Positions 55,284-56,435 of a stretch of DNA of 56,435 nt are shown piece by piece (position 1 is the first letter of the stretch; each line of letters starts with the position of its first letter). The notes beneath the pieces were generated by a model. It was not told the DNA's origin. It was given only the letters and a program-made list of their open reading frames with translations, and did no database searches. The position numbers and the translations under genes were made by a program. The stretch is from an uncultured Candidatus Saccharibacteria bacterium (GTDB lineage: Bacteria; Patescibacteriota; Minisyncoccia; Phycocordibacterales; Phycocordibacteraceae), in contig CAZXAN010000005.1 in the NCBI GenBank assembly GCA_964638585.1, positions 1-56,435 of the forward strand, in the 5' to 3' direction.

Positions 55284-56356
55284 ATTTAAGAGAAAACGTT
55301 TCGCTCGCACCACTCACAACGTTTAAGATCGGCGGGCCGGCGCGTTACTTTGTTGAAGCAAAGACAATTGAAGACGTTTCTGATGCGATAAAATTTGCAC
55401 ACACAAACTCTCTGCCAATATTCGTTCTTGGTGGCGGTTCAAATATTTTGATATCTGACAATGGCTTCGCAGGTGTGGTAATCCATTTGCAGTTGGCAAA
55501 TCTGCGGTTTGAAGATCGCGATGATGCCGTGCTCGTCACGGCAGACGCAGGGGTCGTATGGGACGAATTAGTTATGCAGGCAGTGCAACAAGGTTATTCC
55601 GGAGTTGAATCCTTGTCGGGTATTCCCGGTACCGTTGGGGGTGCGGTCGTTGCGAATCTTGGTGCCTACGGCACACAGTTGAGTGATGTGCTTGTTTCCG
55701 TTAAGGCACTTGATCTCCATAATCAGGAGAACGGTGTGAAGACATTTGAAAAAAACGATTGTGAGTTTTCGTATCACGACAGTGTGTTTGGTAAGTATCC
55801 AGGACGTTATATCGTCTTGGAGATGGTGTTAAAGCTTGCGCGAGACAGAAGTCCAGATTTTACGTACAAAGATCATAGATTCAACTTTACGGATATTATG
55901 GCCACCGAAAATCTCCCTCGCACACTTGTCGGCTTGCGTACCGCCGTGCTCTCAATTCGAGAAAAAAAAGGAGTGTTACAAACGTGCTATAAGAGTGCAG
56001 GCTCATTCTTTCATATGCTTGCGGTATCGGAAACGCAATATACAGACATCACTGCGCGAGCCCAAGTTCTAAATCCAGAATTAGAACAACGATTACGACC
56101 ATGGGCATGGAAGCAGGCAAGTGGCACCTACCGCGTGGCCTCGGCATTTCTGCTTGAATTTACAGAGTTTCCCAAAGGTTTCGTGCGTGATTTGGTTGGA
56201 GTATCGCCGAAACACCAACTCTCAATAATCAATCTAGGTGGTGCCCGTGCGAGTGAGGTTGCAGAACTCGCACGTGACATGCATAACTCCGTGAAAAAAC
56301 TATTTGATGTTGATCTTGAACGCGAAGTTGAATATGTTGGTGATGTTGAAAAATAA
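55280..56356 (+). CDS. murB: UDP-N-acetylenolpyruvoylglucosamine reductase
   Basis: LAPLTTFKIGGPARYF, VLGGGSNILISD and GIPGTVGGAV motifs. ATGA overlap with the upstream gene. Confidence 0.85.
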   Translation: MNLRENVSLAPLTTFKIGGPARYFVEAKTIEDVSDAIKFAHTNSLPIFVLGGGSNILISDNGFAGVVIHLQLANLRFEDRDDAVLVTADAGVVWDELVMQAVQQGYSGVESLSGIPGTVGGAVVANLGAYGTQLSDVLVSVKALDLHNQENGVKTFEKNDCEFSYHDSVFGKYPGRYIVLEMVLKLARDRSPDFTYKDHRFNFTDIMATENLPRTLVGLRTAVLSIREKKGVLQTCYKSAGSFFHMLAVSETQYTDITARAQVLNPELEQRLRPWAWKQASGTYRVASAFLLEFTEFPKGFVRDLVGVSPKHQLSIINLGGARASEVAELARDMHNSVKKLFDVDLEREVEYVGDVEK

Positions 56357-56369
56357 TTTTTCGCGCGAC

Positions 56370-56378
56370 TTATCCACA
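56370..56378 (+). promoter_or_regulatory. Perfect DnaA-box 9-mer TTATCCACA in an AT-rich intergenic region at the window edge
   Basis: Exact consensus 14 nt after the murB stop. Flanked by the TCGCGCG/CGCGCGA inverted repeat. Confidence 0.3.
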
Positions 56379-56435
56379 GGTGAAGATTTTTTGTTACACA
56401 AAAAGTTTTTTACGCGCGATAATACATACAGAAAC

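Noticed and set aside
1-56435. CRISPR arrays, transposases/IS elements, integrases, prophage genes, 23S/5S rRNA
   Set aside because: I found no regularly spaced direct repeats and no ORF with recognisable recombinase, Cas or phage structural motifs when reading both strands. The only mobile-element-like signals are the repeat-flanked cassettes reported as findings.

Overview
This 56.4-kb window is almost entirely coding, mostly on the + strand, and uses the standard genetic code (TGA acts as a stop in several ATGA start/stop overlaps). The gene content suggests a small-genome, uncultivated CPR/Patescibacteria-like bacterium; this is an inference, not a demonstrated result. In order, the window contains: (1) The last ~75 nt of a 16S rRNA gene. 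Its tail after helix 45 lacks the CCUCC anti-Shine-Dalgarno core and is followed by a structured trailer. (2) A 3.3-kb mosaic between the 16S end and a tRNA-Ile(GAU). It holds an MsbA-like ABC exporter bracketed by a ~62-nt direct repeat, a 57-aa ORF, an orphan tRNA 3' fragment with a perfect DnaA box, and an HTH plus LAGLIDADG-like ORF whose stop codon lies inside the tRNA. (3) A peptidoglycan-precursor operon, murD - cytoplasmic SxxK serine hydrolase - murI - murC, followed by rsmI. (4) A soluble VirD4/HerA-like P-loop ATPase next to a secreted ComEA(HhH)-PKD-lamin-tail-domain protein with an SPKTG-type C-terminal anchor. (5) A ~22-kb glycan island (12.9-35.5 kb) with at least 12 glycosyltransferases (GT4, GT2, GT9, GT47-like, GT-C), 4 methyltransferases, a GtrA/GT2/GT-C module, and an AMP-ligase fused to an unknown C-terminal domain. 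(6) A ~12-kb pseudaminic-acid-type nonulosonic acid cluster (pseB, pseC, pseI, cytidylyltransferase). It also carries a GNAT, an N-acetyl-sugar amidotransferase coupled to an amidase-signature enzyme, a WbpB/WbpE-like oxidoreductase/aminotransferase pair, a methylase and a formyltransferase. (7) A 1-kb RhuM-Fic/Doc cassette flanked by 37-bp direct repeats that duplicate the 5' end of the downstream ABC exporter gene. (8) An ABC exporter - SGNH (AlgJ/DltD-like) - MBOAT - O-antigen-ligase/TPR module, then murB and a perfect DnaA box at the window edge. Most start codons have no Shine-Dalgarno motif, and many sit 6-10 nt downstream of a -10-like hexamer, which suggests leaderless mRNAs. I saw no CRISPR array, transposase, integrase or 23S/5S rRNA. 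All functional calls rest on motif recognition by eye; no searches were run.
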